A stretch of DNA of 64,000 nucleotides from the human T2T-CHM13v2.0 reference genome, Homo sapiens: the NCBI RefSeq assembly GCF_009914755.1, contig NC_060932.1; one strand, 5' to 3'. Shown one piece after another: positions 44,518-58,116 of this stretch (within the stretch, counting starts at the first letter, position 1; each line of letters starts with the position of its first letter). The notes under the pieces were generated by a model. That model saw only the letters and a list, made by a program, of their open reading frames with translations. It made no database searches and had not been told where the DNA came from. A program made the translations under genes and the position numbers.

Positions 44518-46439
44518 GTATATACCTATATCTGTATAATGATAAATGTATATCCATTTTTTCTGTTTATATTTATCTGTCTTTACATACATATGTTTAT
44601 ATGAAGTTAAAGATAATTATTTATTTACACATCTATCTAAATCTTTATGTTTTAATCTATATTAGATCCCATATCTATATACATGTGTCTGTCTATATCT
44701 CTGTATCTTTATCTATCTCTGTATCCATAGCCACATCTTTAGGGAAAAGATGGCATTTTAGGGATGAATATCTCTTTTTTCATAACAATTCATTAAATAC
44801 ATAGCATATTGCATATGATCCTTTGAAATGTTTCCATCATGGTGTGATTTTGTTGCTGAAAATAATGAAAACTGCATAATCTCTAAAAAGTTTTGTATCT
44901 TCATATTGTAATTCTTTAAAATATACAGTCTATAAAATGAAATTCCATTTATTAGAAGTATCCGTGTCCTCAACTTCCCCTTTGGAGTTAGTCCGGTCTC
45001 CCTGGCCCCTTCATGCCCCGACACTCTCTCTAGAGCAGAGCAAGTTTGTTTCTGTGAGCATGTAAGTCCTCTACCTGTGGCCCTGACTCTTCCAGAATTT
45101 TCTCCTGCCCAATTACCAACCACTCCCCACCCCAAATGTATGCTTCTACTCCATGCAACTGTCTGTGACCTCCCACTTTGATCAACTGTGTTATTGCATG
45201 CTCAAAATCATCCCTTTTTATTTGATTTGGTCTTAGATTCAACTTAGTGTTAAGCTAGTATCTTTTCTCCAGTGTAAAAAAAAGTTTTTGCTTTGCTCAG
45301 ACAGACTAAAGAGCTCCTTCTCTGACCTCAGAGAGCACCATTTTTGTATTGCAAAGACCGTATTATATTGCAAATGTTTATGTTTCTCCCTATCCATTAT
45401 TGTATTGAAATATTCTTAAAGATGGGGCCTTAGCATTTTTTGTATTTTGATCTGTACTCTATGAAAGAGCTTGATATAAAGTTGATGTAGGGCTTTGTAA
45501 AACTGATTGGAAAACATATTTTCTGGTTTTGAACCTGTACCCATTTTCCTCTCAAGCTATAGCGTCTTCACATAGTGTTTCTTCAGCAACCTCCTTCTTA
45601 GCATTCCTCAAATCTCTTGGTAGTTTTAAGGCTTAACATTGAGCTTAATGCACTATTTGATTTTCCGCATTTGCAGTAATTCCTTTGCCAGACTTTCATA
45701 ATTGTGTATATGTGTGTTTCTACACACTGTTTCCATTAAGCAGGGCAGCAATGTCAAAAAGCTGTGGTACATTATTCAATTTTTATTGAATAGCCAGCAT
45801 CAGTTCTGTGGCAGAGATTATTATAACTGTCAGTATTATCATAATAATCAAATAAAAGAAAGTCTCGGTTTCAACTAAGCAACTTGACCTTTTGCACATG
45901 TCTGTCTCTTTAACGTCACTTTAGAGAGGATGACTCAGCTTGTTCTAATACCAAACTAATGGTTTCAGATCTACCCGGCTCTTTCAGGGAGGGGTAGAGG
46001 TTAAGGCAGTAAAGTCCTAAGAACTGGCTTCCCAGGCAGGGGAAAGCTCATTGGCTATAACACACAACGAGTTTCTGGCTTTCTCCAGGCCTCCACGCTT
46101 TCATTTTTAACACATAGTCTCATTTAGCTCAGCAAGTCTCATTTCTATTCGGAGTTCCTGGGGGGTAAATCTCACTGGCTTTTTGCTCTTACACAAACTT
46201 GCCTAGAGCTCAGTGTATTTGCTTCTCCTAGACATATTGATAAAATTTCAGTGTAACTACTGTTGAAAATTCTAGAATCTACAATTCTCAGACAAAAATA
46301 ACAAAGTTAAGCCAGGGCAGGGAAGTTTATTTGACAGAAATAACATGGGCTTTTGTACTCTATCATTCCTGATAGAGTCCACATCTGGAAAACAGGGACA
46401 GCATTACCTTCTACTATATGTGTAATGAGGAGGCAGCTG

Positions 46440-46690
46440 TTCCATTGTGTTTAACTGCATAGGATCCTATGACAGACAACCTCAGTTCAAATGCCCTCCC
46501 CACTGCTTCCCACGTAGGCGTTCTTAGGCAAGTGTCTACCTCGTTCACTTCAGGTTCCTCATTTCTAAAACAAGGTTACAGTCATAGTGCCTACTGCAGA
46601 GAACCCTTGGGTGAATCAATGGTGGTTTAAGTAATACTTAATGGAGAGTGACCAAAGTCCTGAGTTCATGGAAGAGCAACATGAATGCCC
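46440..46690 (+). mobile_element. MIR SINE fragment
   Basis: AGTTCAAAT...TTAGGCAAGT...TTCCTCATTTCTAAAA. Confidence 0.55.
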
Positions 46691-47187
46691 AACATTAATG
46701 TAATAGACTCTTTCTAATTTTAAACATTTTAATTTGATATTATATAATATATATTTTAATTTATAAGTATAATATATGTACTATATATAAATATGTTATA
46801 ATTATATATACTATATACTATATTATATGTAGTATGACTATATGTATATATGTGCATATGTACGTATGTGTTATACTATATATAATCGTATACTACATAT
46901 AATACATTATATACATTATATTTAATGTATTTTTCTGTGTACTTTTCTATGTGCCTTGAGTTAGTAAAATTTAAAGTTGAACAAAACCACAGATTCTGCA
47001 CCTTAGAAACTTAATTCTAGTGAAGAAACTAATGCATCAGAAATTACATGCTTCATCAAAGATAAATAATGGTTTGGACATATCAGAGATATTTTCCAGT
47101 AGGGAGATCAAAGGTTTGTTGGTAGACTGTGAGGGTTGTATATATATAGGAAGGGCTTGAACTTTTGTTGTGTAGACAGTAAAGAAC

Positions 47188-47542
47188 TGATATGGTTTGG
47201 CTGTGTCCCCACCCAAATCTCATCCTGAATTCCCATGTGTTCTGGGAGGGACCAAGTGTGAGATAAGGGAATCACGGGGGAAGTCTTTCCCATGCTGTTC
47301 TTGTGACAGTGAATAAGTCTCATGAGATCTGATCGTTTCATAAAGAGGAGTTCCCCTGCACAAGTTCTCTCTCTCTTTGCCTGCTGCCATCCATGTAAGA
47401 CGTGACTTGCTCCTCCTTGCCTTCCGCCATGATTGTGAGGCCTCTCCACCCATGTGGAACTGAATCCATTAAACCCTTTTTCCTGTATAAATTACCCAGT
47501 CTCGAGTATGTCTTTATCAGCAGCATGAAAAGGACTAATACA
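47188..47542 (+). mobile_element. THE1 (THE1A/B-like) solo LTR
   Basis: TGATATGGTTTGGCTGTGTCCCCACCCAAATCTCATC ... GGACTAATACA. Confidence 0.95.
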
Positions 47543-48166
47543 AGAGGCATTTTTGTTTTAATTGTAAAAATAATGAAACTAACTTTGTTTATTCTTGTGA
47601 TATTGTTTTAAGTATTCATTATTCTCTATTTTCATAAATATTTAACACCCACAAAATACCAGGCATTGTGCTAGGTTTGCAACATTCACAAATCAATTAT
47701 AGTAATTTAGCTTGTATTTGGAGTAGCAGATAGAATATCAGTAAGTAAACAAATAAATAGATACAGATTGTGATAAGAACTATGAAAAAAAAGGGGCTGT
47801 TTTATATGTCCAGCATAGGGGAGAACTTGGGGCACTAACCAGGGTGTTCAGGATTGACCCTACTGAGGAGGCTCAGTTCAAGCTCAGCTCTAAAAGATAA
47901 GGAGACTCCAGAAGGAGCTGGGAGGTGGGGTTGCAGACATCTGGGGAAACACGTGGAAAAGTGACAAGGGTAAGAAGCAGTGTTGTGTGGTGCAGCTTTA
48001 GTAGGTTTCTGTTGTAGTTTGGATTTTACTTATGTTATTTCTTGAGCATCACTCCTTGGGCATCTAATCTCTTAAAACCTTTGTTTACTTATCTGTAAGA
48101 GGAGATGCTACTGCTGTCTGACAGGATTGTTGATGATTAAAAATCAGTAACTTTAATTAAGACCCG

Positions 48167-48549
48167 TGTCTTAGTCAGTTCAGGCAGCTATAACAAAAAT
48201 TGAAATCATAGATGGGGTAACATAAACAACAGAAATATATTTCTTGCAGTTCTAGAAGCCAGCAATGCAAGATCAAGGTGCCAGCCAGTCCATTTCCTGG
48301 TGAGCACCCTCTTCCTTATTTGCAGACAGCTGCCTTCTTGCTGTGTCCTCATGTGGAGAAAGAGCTAAGCTCAACTTCTGTTCTCTTCATCTTCTTAAAG
48401 GGACACTGATCTCATCACGAGGGCCCCACCCTCATTAACCCATCTAGCCTTATTACCTCCTGAAGGCCCCACCTTCAAACACCATCACATTGGGGGTTAG
48501 AGCTTGAACATATGAATTTGGAAGGGACACAAACATTCAGTCCAAAGCA
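48167..48549 (-). mobile_element. MLT1A-like solo LTR
   Basis: TGTCTTAGTCAGTTCAGGCAGCTATAACAAA ... ACAAACATTCAGTCCAAAGCA. Confidence 0.88.
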
Positions 48550-48689
48550 GCCTGGCACCAATGAGTTCCAATGATAAAGTATTAGTCAGCTCACATCAGT
48601 TTTCTACTCAAAAATCTTTTATGAGCCCCCATTTTACTCAGAGTAAATACTATATTGCTCAACATGCCTTACCCAGCATGGCCACAAAT

Positions 48690-49110
48690 TCTGGAACATT
48701 CTATGCCTTTGCCCTTGGTCTTCCCTCTGCCAGGCATGCTCTTTCCCATCTCTCTACTGGCTGTAGTTCCTCTCTGTCCCCATCAAGTCTTTGTTCAAAC
48801 CCAAGCTTTCCATTAGACTCATGTGACCCATCCTAGTTACCGCTGTTAGCTTCTCTACAATCTGTCTTTTGATGCCTCTTACTCCATCCACATAGTTACC
48901 AAAGCACTTATTTATTCTAACATGGTTTTTAATCTACACATGTATCATGCTTATTAATAATTATTTGTCCCTCTCTCCTACTAGAATATAAGTTCTGAAA
49001 GAAAAAGATCTGTGTCTGTTTGGCTCACTGATATTTCCTGAGCAAGTAGAACAGTGCCTGGCACAACAGTTATTCGGGATTTATTTACTCAGGTGACCAC
49101 CTGAATAAAT
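48690..49110 (+). mobile_element. L2 3' fragment
   Basis: GCCTTTGCCCTTGGTCTTCCCTCTGCC...CTAGAATATAAG...AGAACAGTGCCTGGCACA. Confidence 0.7.
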
Positions 49111-50047
49111 GGATGGCAAGTTGTTGTTAAAGTAGCTTTTGTAGAAGGATGATTGCATTGGACTCTAGATCAGAAAATATTTGGGGGAGACTGGGTATTA
49201 TCTAGGCACCTGAACTAGAGGTTCCAAAGAAGCAATTTAATATTACTTTGGAAAGTAAGGATTTTCTCCCTGTTCACTTGTCTTGAGCCCCTCTATCCAC
49301 AGCAACTATTGCAATTCCAAATATGAACTACATATTAAAAATAATCAATTCAATTCAATATATTGAACTGGGCTTATGGGAATGTGAAGTATAGTTGTCT
49401 GATTAGATAATTAATGTAGGAGGTAAATCTTGCAGGAAAAATCCCGATTCACCCATGACTGCCTATGATATTTCCTTATGCTTTCATACCCCAGGTGATT
49501 TGTGGTAGAGGCAAATCCTATGTCTCATGGGAGAGTTTGCATTATTCTGAGCACTTCTGTGCAGGCAGGAGACAAGACTTACACAAATAGAATGTTTTCT
49601 ACAACTGAAATATCATGGGAACCCAATTCCAGAGGAAGGGATACACATTGCTGGGAAAACAAATCTTCTATTAGGTGGCCACATTGCCATGCCAATACAA
49701 ATCAAAGAAAGTATCTGGCCCAAAATTGGAAGAAAACCAAATACAGGAGAATGTGCTTTGGGGATAAAGAAAGGCAACAGTGAGGCATTAGGGTCACCCA
49801 CGGGTCTTCTAGGGAGAGGGACGAGCTTTGAATACTGACTTGGTTACAAGTGAGGACAGGGGCATATGACTTAATCTCCAAGAGCCATAATTTTCCAGTC
49901 TATATAAGCATATATGTCAGACAGTGCTGTGAAGCTTAAATGACATAGCATGTGCAGTGTGCATTTGTCAGAACAAATGTCAAGATTTACTCTCGTTTAT
50001 CAGCAAAATGAGAGAATCCAACAATCTTTCCTTTTAACAAGTATTTA

Positions 50048-50143
<96 letters not shown>

Positions 50144-50442
50144 TCATTGTCATTATCTTGTAAAGTCTTCATAACTCATGAGAAAGAAATCTAGTATTGC
50201 CCCCCATTTTCCAGAGTACAAAATTGAGATACAGAGAAGTATAGAAACTTGTTCAAAGGTATTAAGCCACAGCTAGGTTGGTAAAACCAGCTTCACAACC
50301 TACATATAATAAGCACTCAGTGCAAATTGGCTATTATTTGTATTAATATTAGCAGGAAAAATAATATTTATCAATGCAAATAGTTCCACAAATCATCAAT
50401 TACCATTTGTCCAACAGTAAACACAGCAAGCAATATACAAAG

Positions 50443-50516
50443 GCACACACACACACACGCTCACACACACATGTGCATACACACACACACAAACACACAC
50501 ACACACACTCTCTCAC
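50443..50516. repeat. Imperfect (CA)n microsatellite
   Basis: Direct reading. Confidence 0.9.
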
Positions 50517-50649
50517 AAAGGAGAAAAAAGAAACAAAACCTTCCAAAATTAGAAGACTGATCATGCAAACTCTGATGGTTTAAGGTAGGGGCAAGAGCTG
50601 CTATTGCTTCTTTTACAGTTAAGGTGGGAAGACTTTGAAGGAAACATGG

Positions 50650-51433
50650 TGAACTGGGGAGTTCCCTTATCCCCCTCACAGGCACAGCATGTGACGGGAT
50701 GTGGCTCACTTCTTAGGGTGCCCCACTGCTCAAGCCCCTAGGGGGAGCTTGCAGATGCGCAGGTGCAGAGGCTGTGGGGAGTGCTTTTGGACTCTGGCCT
50801 CACGGCAGTGTCTAGGACTCCCAAAGCCCAAGTGGCCATGTGTTACACTGTGCTCTTTCAGTTGTGCCATCTGCAGATGACTTGTGTTAGTCAGCTCAAC
50901 AGACCCTCTGACTTACTACAAGCACAAGAGGCCAGTGTGACAGCCTGAGTTCTTCCCCAGTGTACTGGAAGAATTAGATCTCACGTGGGCTGGAAGGTTG
51001 AGTGCAAGGTTTATTGAGTGTTGGAGGTGGCTCTCAGGGTGGATGGGGAGTTGGAAGGGGGATGGAGTGGGAAGGTGATCTTCCCATGGAGTCAGGCCAT
51101 GCAGTGGCTGGAGTCTTCTCTGACCGCCCCTGGTTGAACTCCCCTTGGCATCCATGTCATCTGGTCTGCCGGTGTCTGCTGGTATCTGCTGGTGTGTTCC
51201 TCTGCTCCTCTCAATGCCCAGCCACTTGTGTCTGTGTCTGCTTAAGGTCTCAGGTTTATATGGGCACAGGATAGGGGGTGTGGCAGTCCAGAGTGGTCTT
51301 GGAAAATGCAACATTTGGGCACAAAAATAGGCATGCCTGTTCTCACTTAGGTGGGCACAGGCCTACAGGTGGAGCCCTCGCCAGGGACCCCGCCCCTGTC
51401 TACCCATCACTTCCCTGCCCCCCTCTCGTATCA
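50650..51433 (-). mobile_element. ERV1 solo LTR (LTR1-like)
   Basis: TG...CA termini; perfect 4-bp TSD ATGG (50646-50649 / 51434-51437); minus-strand start TGATACGAGAGGGGGGCAGGGAAG and CCCATATAAA box. Confidence 0.85.
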
Positions 51434-53763
51434 ATGGGATTTGAAGAGAAATAGGATTGAAATAGAAAACCTGATGGCTCAACTGGTTTGAAAGGGAGAC
51501 ATTTTCCAAACCTGAGTATGCCTTTGCTAGTTAGTGATTCACCTTTGAGATTAATTTATGTAAGACTTGGGTTGAGGAAACATCATGTGATTTTGTAAAG
51601 TTCAAATCCTGAGCCAGAAAGACCTCAAATATGAAATTAGTCCTTGCTTATTGAGGTATGGTGAAGGTACAGAACAGATACAAAGGTTTTGAAAAGCAAT
51701 TTGGGAAAACTGATGTTATCCAATAAAGTTAATTTATGAGATAGTTATTTACAATAGTAAACAAATGAAACTCCTCATAGCAAATCTTAAAAAATATATT
51801 TGGTTAGCCAATTGTTTTTCTTTTATTCAACTTAAAAACAGACTTACAAAACTCAAATGTCAAAATAGTACACTCAGGACATATTAAAATTAAGTGTATA
51901 AAGTGTTTCTAATGGCATTACAAAATGTATTTTAATACCAAGTAGGAACAAAATCAGATTATTGCATGGGTTATATAAATCTTAACTATTTAAAACTATT
52001 TATAAAGGGGAAAATCCTTTGGCAGAAGTTCACCATGACAGCTGATTGTGGAAGAGATTTTATTTTATTATTTTATTTTAAACTTCTATAAGGAGCAAGA
52101 ACGCTGTTTACAATTAGATGATAAAATACCATTTTAAAGTAAGTCATATTGAGAGGGTAGAAAATAAGAGGGTATACATTTGTCTCATGGAGTTAAAGGT
52201 AATCTCAGTTTCACTGGTTTAGTGCTTTGTAATCTAATGTTACCCACCCCAAGCCCTGTCACTGAGGTTATAACACTTATTTCCATTACAGCAGCAAAGT
52301 TTCCCCTATCCCTCTTGGACTCCTACAAGAAAAAAGAAACAAGCTGTTCACATCCGTCTTATCTTTTAATAATTGTATTTTAAATTATAGTTATTTGTCA
52401 AAAAACTCTTAAACTTGCAGCTGTGGATCTATAAGTTCCATGACCTGTCTCCTCTGGAAGGGGCTGATGTAATTAGAAAGGTTCCATTATCAATCATTCA
52501 GCCAAAGGCCTCTCTCTCCCTCTTGCTCTCTCTGTCTCATTCTTGCTCAGGCGCTGGCTCTCTAGCTTTCTCATCAATTACTCTGAATATTTTAGACAAA
52601 AGATAAGACCAGCTCCACCTCCTCTTGGCTACAATATTGTCATTGCTGCTAATGGAATTTTAAATCTTCCCTTAGAAGGAAGTTTCCTGGGGAGACATCT
52701 TTGGAACTGCCAATTAAGGGGAGGCTAATTTATGCACTGTCCACAGAATTAGTAATAGATTGTAACAAATGTGGCTAAAGATAGCCCATTTGGAACAAAG
52801 CAATTTTCTCTGACATTTGGTGGAGTCTATAGTTGGTTTTTATTCCTCAAATCAGAAGGTTCCGAAGTGTTACTTACATGTTAAAGTGGTCTGTAAGGGA
52901 GCTGCTACCTTCTCTCCTTCTGTAGGAAATAGAAAAATTAGCAAGAGATTATTTTTTTTCTATTTACTGTATTTCTCTTTATTTTCAAACAGACAAAAAT
53001 GGTTTTTTGAGTATTTTCTTCATCTCTCCTTTCTTGTCTCCTTGCCTGAAATCAGAGGAGTTATCTGTCCCAGGGATTATCATCGGGAACTTATTTCAGG
53101 GTCACTTTGTCCATCTTCCTAGCTGGTAATTCACAACTAAATAGTTTCTCGCTCAACTCTCCCCATCCTCCCTACCCACTGACAAGTCTTATTTCATTTT
53201 CTAAAGTGATCATTGACTGTACACATGCTTTGCTCCTACCTTATTTAAGAATATTCGTGATCCAGAAAAATGTCTTAGTTTTCCTTGAAGAGATCATAAT
53301 AATTTGTCTTATAATATTTAGATCCATGGAAACATAGTTTCTCTGTTTGTTTTAAATCAAATTAAACCTGAGACCCCACGGACCAAGTCAGTGGCTAATT
53401 CAGCCTGTCATATGGGGACTACCAGTCATTCTTGGGAGCTAAGGCCATTCCTCCAAAATTAAAAAAGGGCGTAGTCTTTAATCACTGCTGGGCACCACCC
53501 TTGCCTTTGCTCCTTCCACCACGGTGCACTGGGATAAAGTCCTCGGGTCTCAGTGCTGGCAGAGTTTCTTAGGAAAGCTCTCAGAGGCCTCTGGTCTTTT
53601 TATTAATTCTTCACAGATATCCTGGAAACTTCCCGGTACATGGAGTGCAACAGGCAAATGGGGCACAGATCTCTATAGTTCCTAAACCTCTAACCTTCCG
53701 TTACCTTCCAGATTCTACAGACCTCTCCTTGTCTTCCTCCTAGGAAAGAACTCCTCAATGAGG

Positions 53764-54070
53764 TTTTTGTTTGTTTGTTTGTTTTTTCTTTCTTTTCTTC
53801 CTTTTTTTTTTTTTGAGACAAAGTCTAGCTCTGTCGCCCAGGCTGGAGTGCAGTGGCGCAATCTCGGCTCAGTGCAACCTCCGCCTCCCCGGGTTCAAGT
53901 GATTCTTATAGGTGCCCGCTACCACGCCCAGCTAATTTTTGTATTTTTAGTAGACACGAGGTTTCACCATATTGGTCAGACTGACCTCGAAATCCTCATT
54001 TCAGGTGGTCCACCCGCCTCGGCCTCCCAAACTGCTGGGAGATTACAGGCGTGGGCCCCTGCAAGGGGCC
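53764..54070 (-). mobile_element. AluS element with ~30 bp internal deletion
   Basis: GATTCTTATAGG junction; TCAATG repeated on both flanks. Confidence 0.9.
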
Positions 54071-54080
54071 TCAATGGTTC

Positions 54081-54423
54081 TGAGGCAGCCAGGTGGGAAG
54101 AGGCTCCCTTTCAAAACTCCAACCAGCCTGTGCACGGGGAGGAATGAGCACTGGGATGGAGCCACAGAAGTTCATGCTCTTTGCAGCGAGTAGGAACCTG
54201 GCCCTTCCTCTTCCTGGGTGGAACCTGGAATTCAGTCTATGATTTGGGAAGCCTACACTAGCGGGAACCCTGACCTTGCAGAGAGTTCCTGTACCCCCTT
54301 TTTTCCTTTTTGCCCAATAAATCCTATTATTCTCACCCTTCAAGTCATCTGTGAGCCTAATTTTTCATGGCTATGTGATAAGGACCCGGCTCTTAGCTGA
54401 ACTAAGGAAAAAGTCCTGCGACA
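54081..54423 (+). mobile_element. MER61-like ERV1 solo LTR
   Basis: TGAGGCAGCCAGGTGGGAAG ... TAGCTGAACTAAGGAAAAAGTCCTGCGACA; internal AATAAA. Confidence 0.82.
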
Positions 54424-55154
54424 GCTTTATCCTTCCTTTATAAACTGTGGAAACTGTCACCACCCAACTACACCCTGATGTGATGGTGTTTGTTGCAGAG
54501 ATCCCCTGGATGAAAGCTTTTTTCAGAGAGATGATCTTGTATTTAACTTTCACACCACCAGAATTGGATCAAGAGATGCACAATTGACAGAGAAGAAAAA
54601 TGAGAGCCAGGAATGGATTGGGGTGACTCCACACATATCACAGAAATCTTCAACCGGAACTGGTAACACGGCCCATGCATCCTAGAAGGTCAATGTGCAT
54701 CTTCACTTTTAATTCATCCACCTGCCTCTCATTCCAGAACTGTGGTCACCTCATGTGGCTGAGTCACACTGACCTTCTCTTGCTAAGTTTTCCCTCTGCT
54801 CGTGGCCTTTTCAGTTAGCATTCCCTCTGCTTAGGATTCTCTCTTCCTACTTCTTTCCATGATTAACCCCTTCTCACCTTTCACTTTCAGACTGAAATAT
54901 TGTGAGCTAACAGAACACTTCTCAGATTGTTATAGAAATTTTGTGATTTTCCTACCTCCCATTTCCTGCATTACACCAATCGTATAATGGAATTTATTAG
55001 TTTTATAATATAATATCAATTTGCTTGATTGCCTGTTTTCTTTCAACTCTTTTTAGAAATTTATGAAAATAAGACTCTTTTCCATTTCCTTATTTTTTTC
55101 TTCGTAGCACTTAGCTTTATTTCTGGTATATAGTAGGTGCTCAAACAAGGATTC

Positions 55155-55725
55155 CTACTGCCCCCTCCTGGGTTTGATTAAGTTGCTAGGACAGCTCACA
55201 GAAATCAAACACTTATGCTTTCCAGTTTCTTACTTTTTAAAAAAATTATAAAAGATACAAATGAATAGTCAGATAAAGAGGTACATAAGGTGAGGTCTAG
55301 AAGGAACTCTGTCCCCGAGAAGATGACTGTGCACAAAAATGCATTGAGCAACTCAGAAGCTCATCTCATTGTCCAAGAGGCTTTACAGAGCTTGATTTCC
55401 AGCCCCCAACCTCTACCTTTCCTGAAGATTGCCAAAGGGAGACTCAGTTCTCTTAGACTCTAATCACTTGGTCTTTCTGGTAACCAGCCCCATCTGAAGG
55501 CTGTTTGGGATCTCACTCTAAGTCACTCCATTAACATAAATGCAGGTGTGACCAAAAGGGCTCGTTATGAATAACAGCTTAGAAATCTTCAAGGGTTTCA
55601 GAAGCTTTGTAAAAAAAACAAATATCATAATAAAGATGTTCCTATTACAATAATCACTTATGAAAATTGGATTTAGGAACTCTGTGTCAGAAACCAGGGA
55701 CAAAGACCAATATATTTGTATATGT
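55155..55725 (-). mobile_element. MER21-like LTR fragment
   Basis: GCTAGGACAGCTCACAGAA and GAAACCAGGGACAAAGACCAATATAT motifs. Confidence 0.7.
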
Positions 55726-55729
55726 ATGG

Positions 55730-55766
<37 letters not shown>

Positions 55767-56874
55767 AAAAATCTTGTTACATAGTAGATAGCCCCCAAAT
55801 TCCAAACATACAGTGAAAATGGGTTTTAAAACAGCACAACCTCCAAAAGGGAAGACATAGATTTCTTGGTGTTTTTTTCAGTTACAAAAATCCTCCCCAA
55901 TAGGCCTCTCAAATAATGTTGTTCAGGAAAATGGACTAAAGAGATTGTCCTGGAGAGTAGAACTAGGAGACATTGTTGATGGCCTGATCCAAGCCGTTAT
56001 TCCATCAGCACCACCTGGACCATGGGCTGGGCAATGGGACCTAGGACACTTTTCTCCCCTTGTCAAACAGGAAGTTTTTCTCTGGTTTTCTTCTGCCATT
56101 CTCCGTGGGATGTTGTAAAGTCATTTAACATACATGTGCTAGAAAGCCTGAGCCTTGATCTCAATGCTCGTTTTAGCTTGTATGCTATGAGGATAGGTCA
56201 ACTATGTTTTAGTTTTAGCATGCAATGGTTGCATTATATTAGGTAGATAGTTTAAAAATTATATAATTGGGAAGAATGGTATGTATTTATGCTAGAGGAA
56301 TTATAGGTGGACTATAGCGGATGTTTCTAATGGATTCCTAACTAATATCCCTTTCTTCAATTTCTTAATATGCTAATCCACCTCCTTTATTGCCTGCAAC
56401 ATTTTTGGAATTGTCTGACTTCACCAAGCAAAGTTTTATCAACCACAGTACCCCCAACCTTCCCTCCATTGGAGTGGATAAAATCGTAATTCAAACTTTG
56501 CAGAGAGAGAACCCTAATGCTTCTACCCTGTTCCCAAGGCCCAGGGATGAATTCAAATATGTTACACTCTTTTTGCAGGGATTAGCATGTTTAATGAGAC
56601 TGCTTTTTCCCTCTTATGAGAGCACATGATAAAAAATTTTTGAGATTGTATGAGTCATCTTTGACTCCATATGGAGAAACAATGAAGAGGTGCTGTAAAA
56701 GACAAATTGTCTAAGTATCTGAACGCATGCCTGCTGCAAGCCACCCTTGTCACTTGACTTGACTATTAGCTGAACCAATAACTTTCTCCTTTTAACTACA
56801 CATGCCAGGGATGGTTTTTAGTTTTAGGTTTCTAAAAGACTCTACATTAATGCAAGACGGTCATGGAAAAAAAA

Positions 56875-57090
56875 TCTTACATTTATTGATTATTGGTCAT
56901 TTATCAATATCCTTACATGAATCCAATGCTCAGAACAATCATATGAGGTAGAGACCATTATTATTAATTTACTACAAATAAAGAAATGGAGTCTCAGGGA
57001 AAAATAGCTTGACTTAGTCTCAAAGATAGGAGATAGTGAAATAGAGATTTAAACCCCGGCCATCTGTCTCTAAAAGTTTCTGTGCACTGT
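56875..57090 (-). mobile_element. MIR SINE fragment
   Basis: CTTACATTTATTGA...ATGAGGTAG...GATTTAAACCC. Confidence 0.65.
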
Positions 57091-58068
57091 AAATATAGTG
57101 TTATAAGAATGCAACATACTTCATAACTATGCTGCGTCATCGTGACGATGCCTTGTCTGACTGCTTAGACTCTTCTAGTATTTGAACTCCTGCATAAGAA
57201 TGATGGTGGCATTCTGGAGCAAAGCAGGAGAAAAGGCACAGTTCTTTCTTTTCCTGACCAGTGTAGACTCTGAGGATTACAGAAGGTGAATGTGGAGTAT
57301 GACATGATCTGATGTCTGATGAGACTCCCTAACTTTCAGAATCAATCTCCATGTATCCAAGATTCTAACAGTTGGAATTAATTTTAATGTCTATTGTCAT
57401 TTTAGCAACATTTTAATTTCTCCCTGGCTATTTCTAGTTGGGAAGCCTTCTGGGAAGGTTTTTTGGCAGGTGCTGTATTATTATGGATTGAACTTTTGAA
57501 AAACACATGATAGTGTGAAGAAGAGAGTTATTTGGAGGTTATTAATTAAACAAATATTTCCTAAGCATTTACTATGTACATAGTAAATTTAAAAGGAGAG
57601 AACAGGCAAAGATAAATATAGAATTAACATGATATCCAGGCTTTTCTTTAGAAAAGTTATAAAGTCATTAGAGAAATCAAACAAATGTATGTGAAAAATT
57701 GTTGAAGGTTATGAAACTGACCTGGTCTTGATGGGAACTCATTTCACTGATTTATTTTTCCTTGTGCTGAGCTTATTTACACATAAGGTGAGCCTTTATC
57801 CATAAATTGCAAGAATCAAATAATTCTTTAAAATATTTGAAATCAAAGATTAGTGATCAAATTTAGATATCACTAGATATCCTGATGGAGACTGTTTAAA
57901 CTGCAGATTCATGAACTCTGATTTAGAGCTACTGAGTCAAGTTTATGCATAGAGACTGGGAATCTGTATTTCTAAAGTACCTACACAGAAAGACCTCCAC
58001 TTCCAGAAAGATGAAATACGTGTACTTTTCTCTTATTTCTTCCATCAATTACAATTAAAAACCTGGGC

Positions 58069-58116
<48 letters not shown>

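Noticed and set aside
46740-46930. 15-bp inverted repeat (TATTATATGTAGTAT / ATACTACATATAATA) in a TA-rich tract
   Set aside because: Low-complexity TA sequence generates such symmetry easily.
50916-51330. GC-rich ORFs of 60-132 aa
   Set aside because: All lie inside the LTR1-like solo LTR and show no retroviral or cellular protein motifs.
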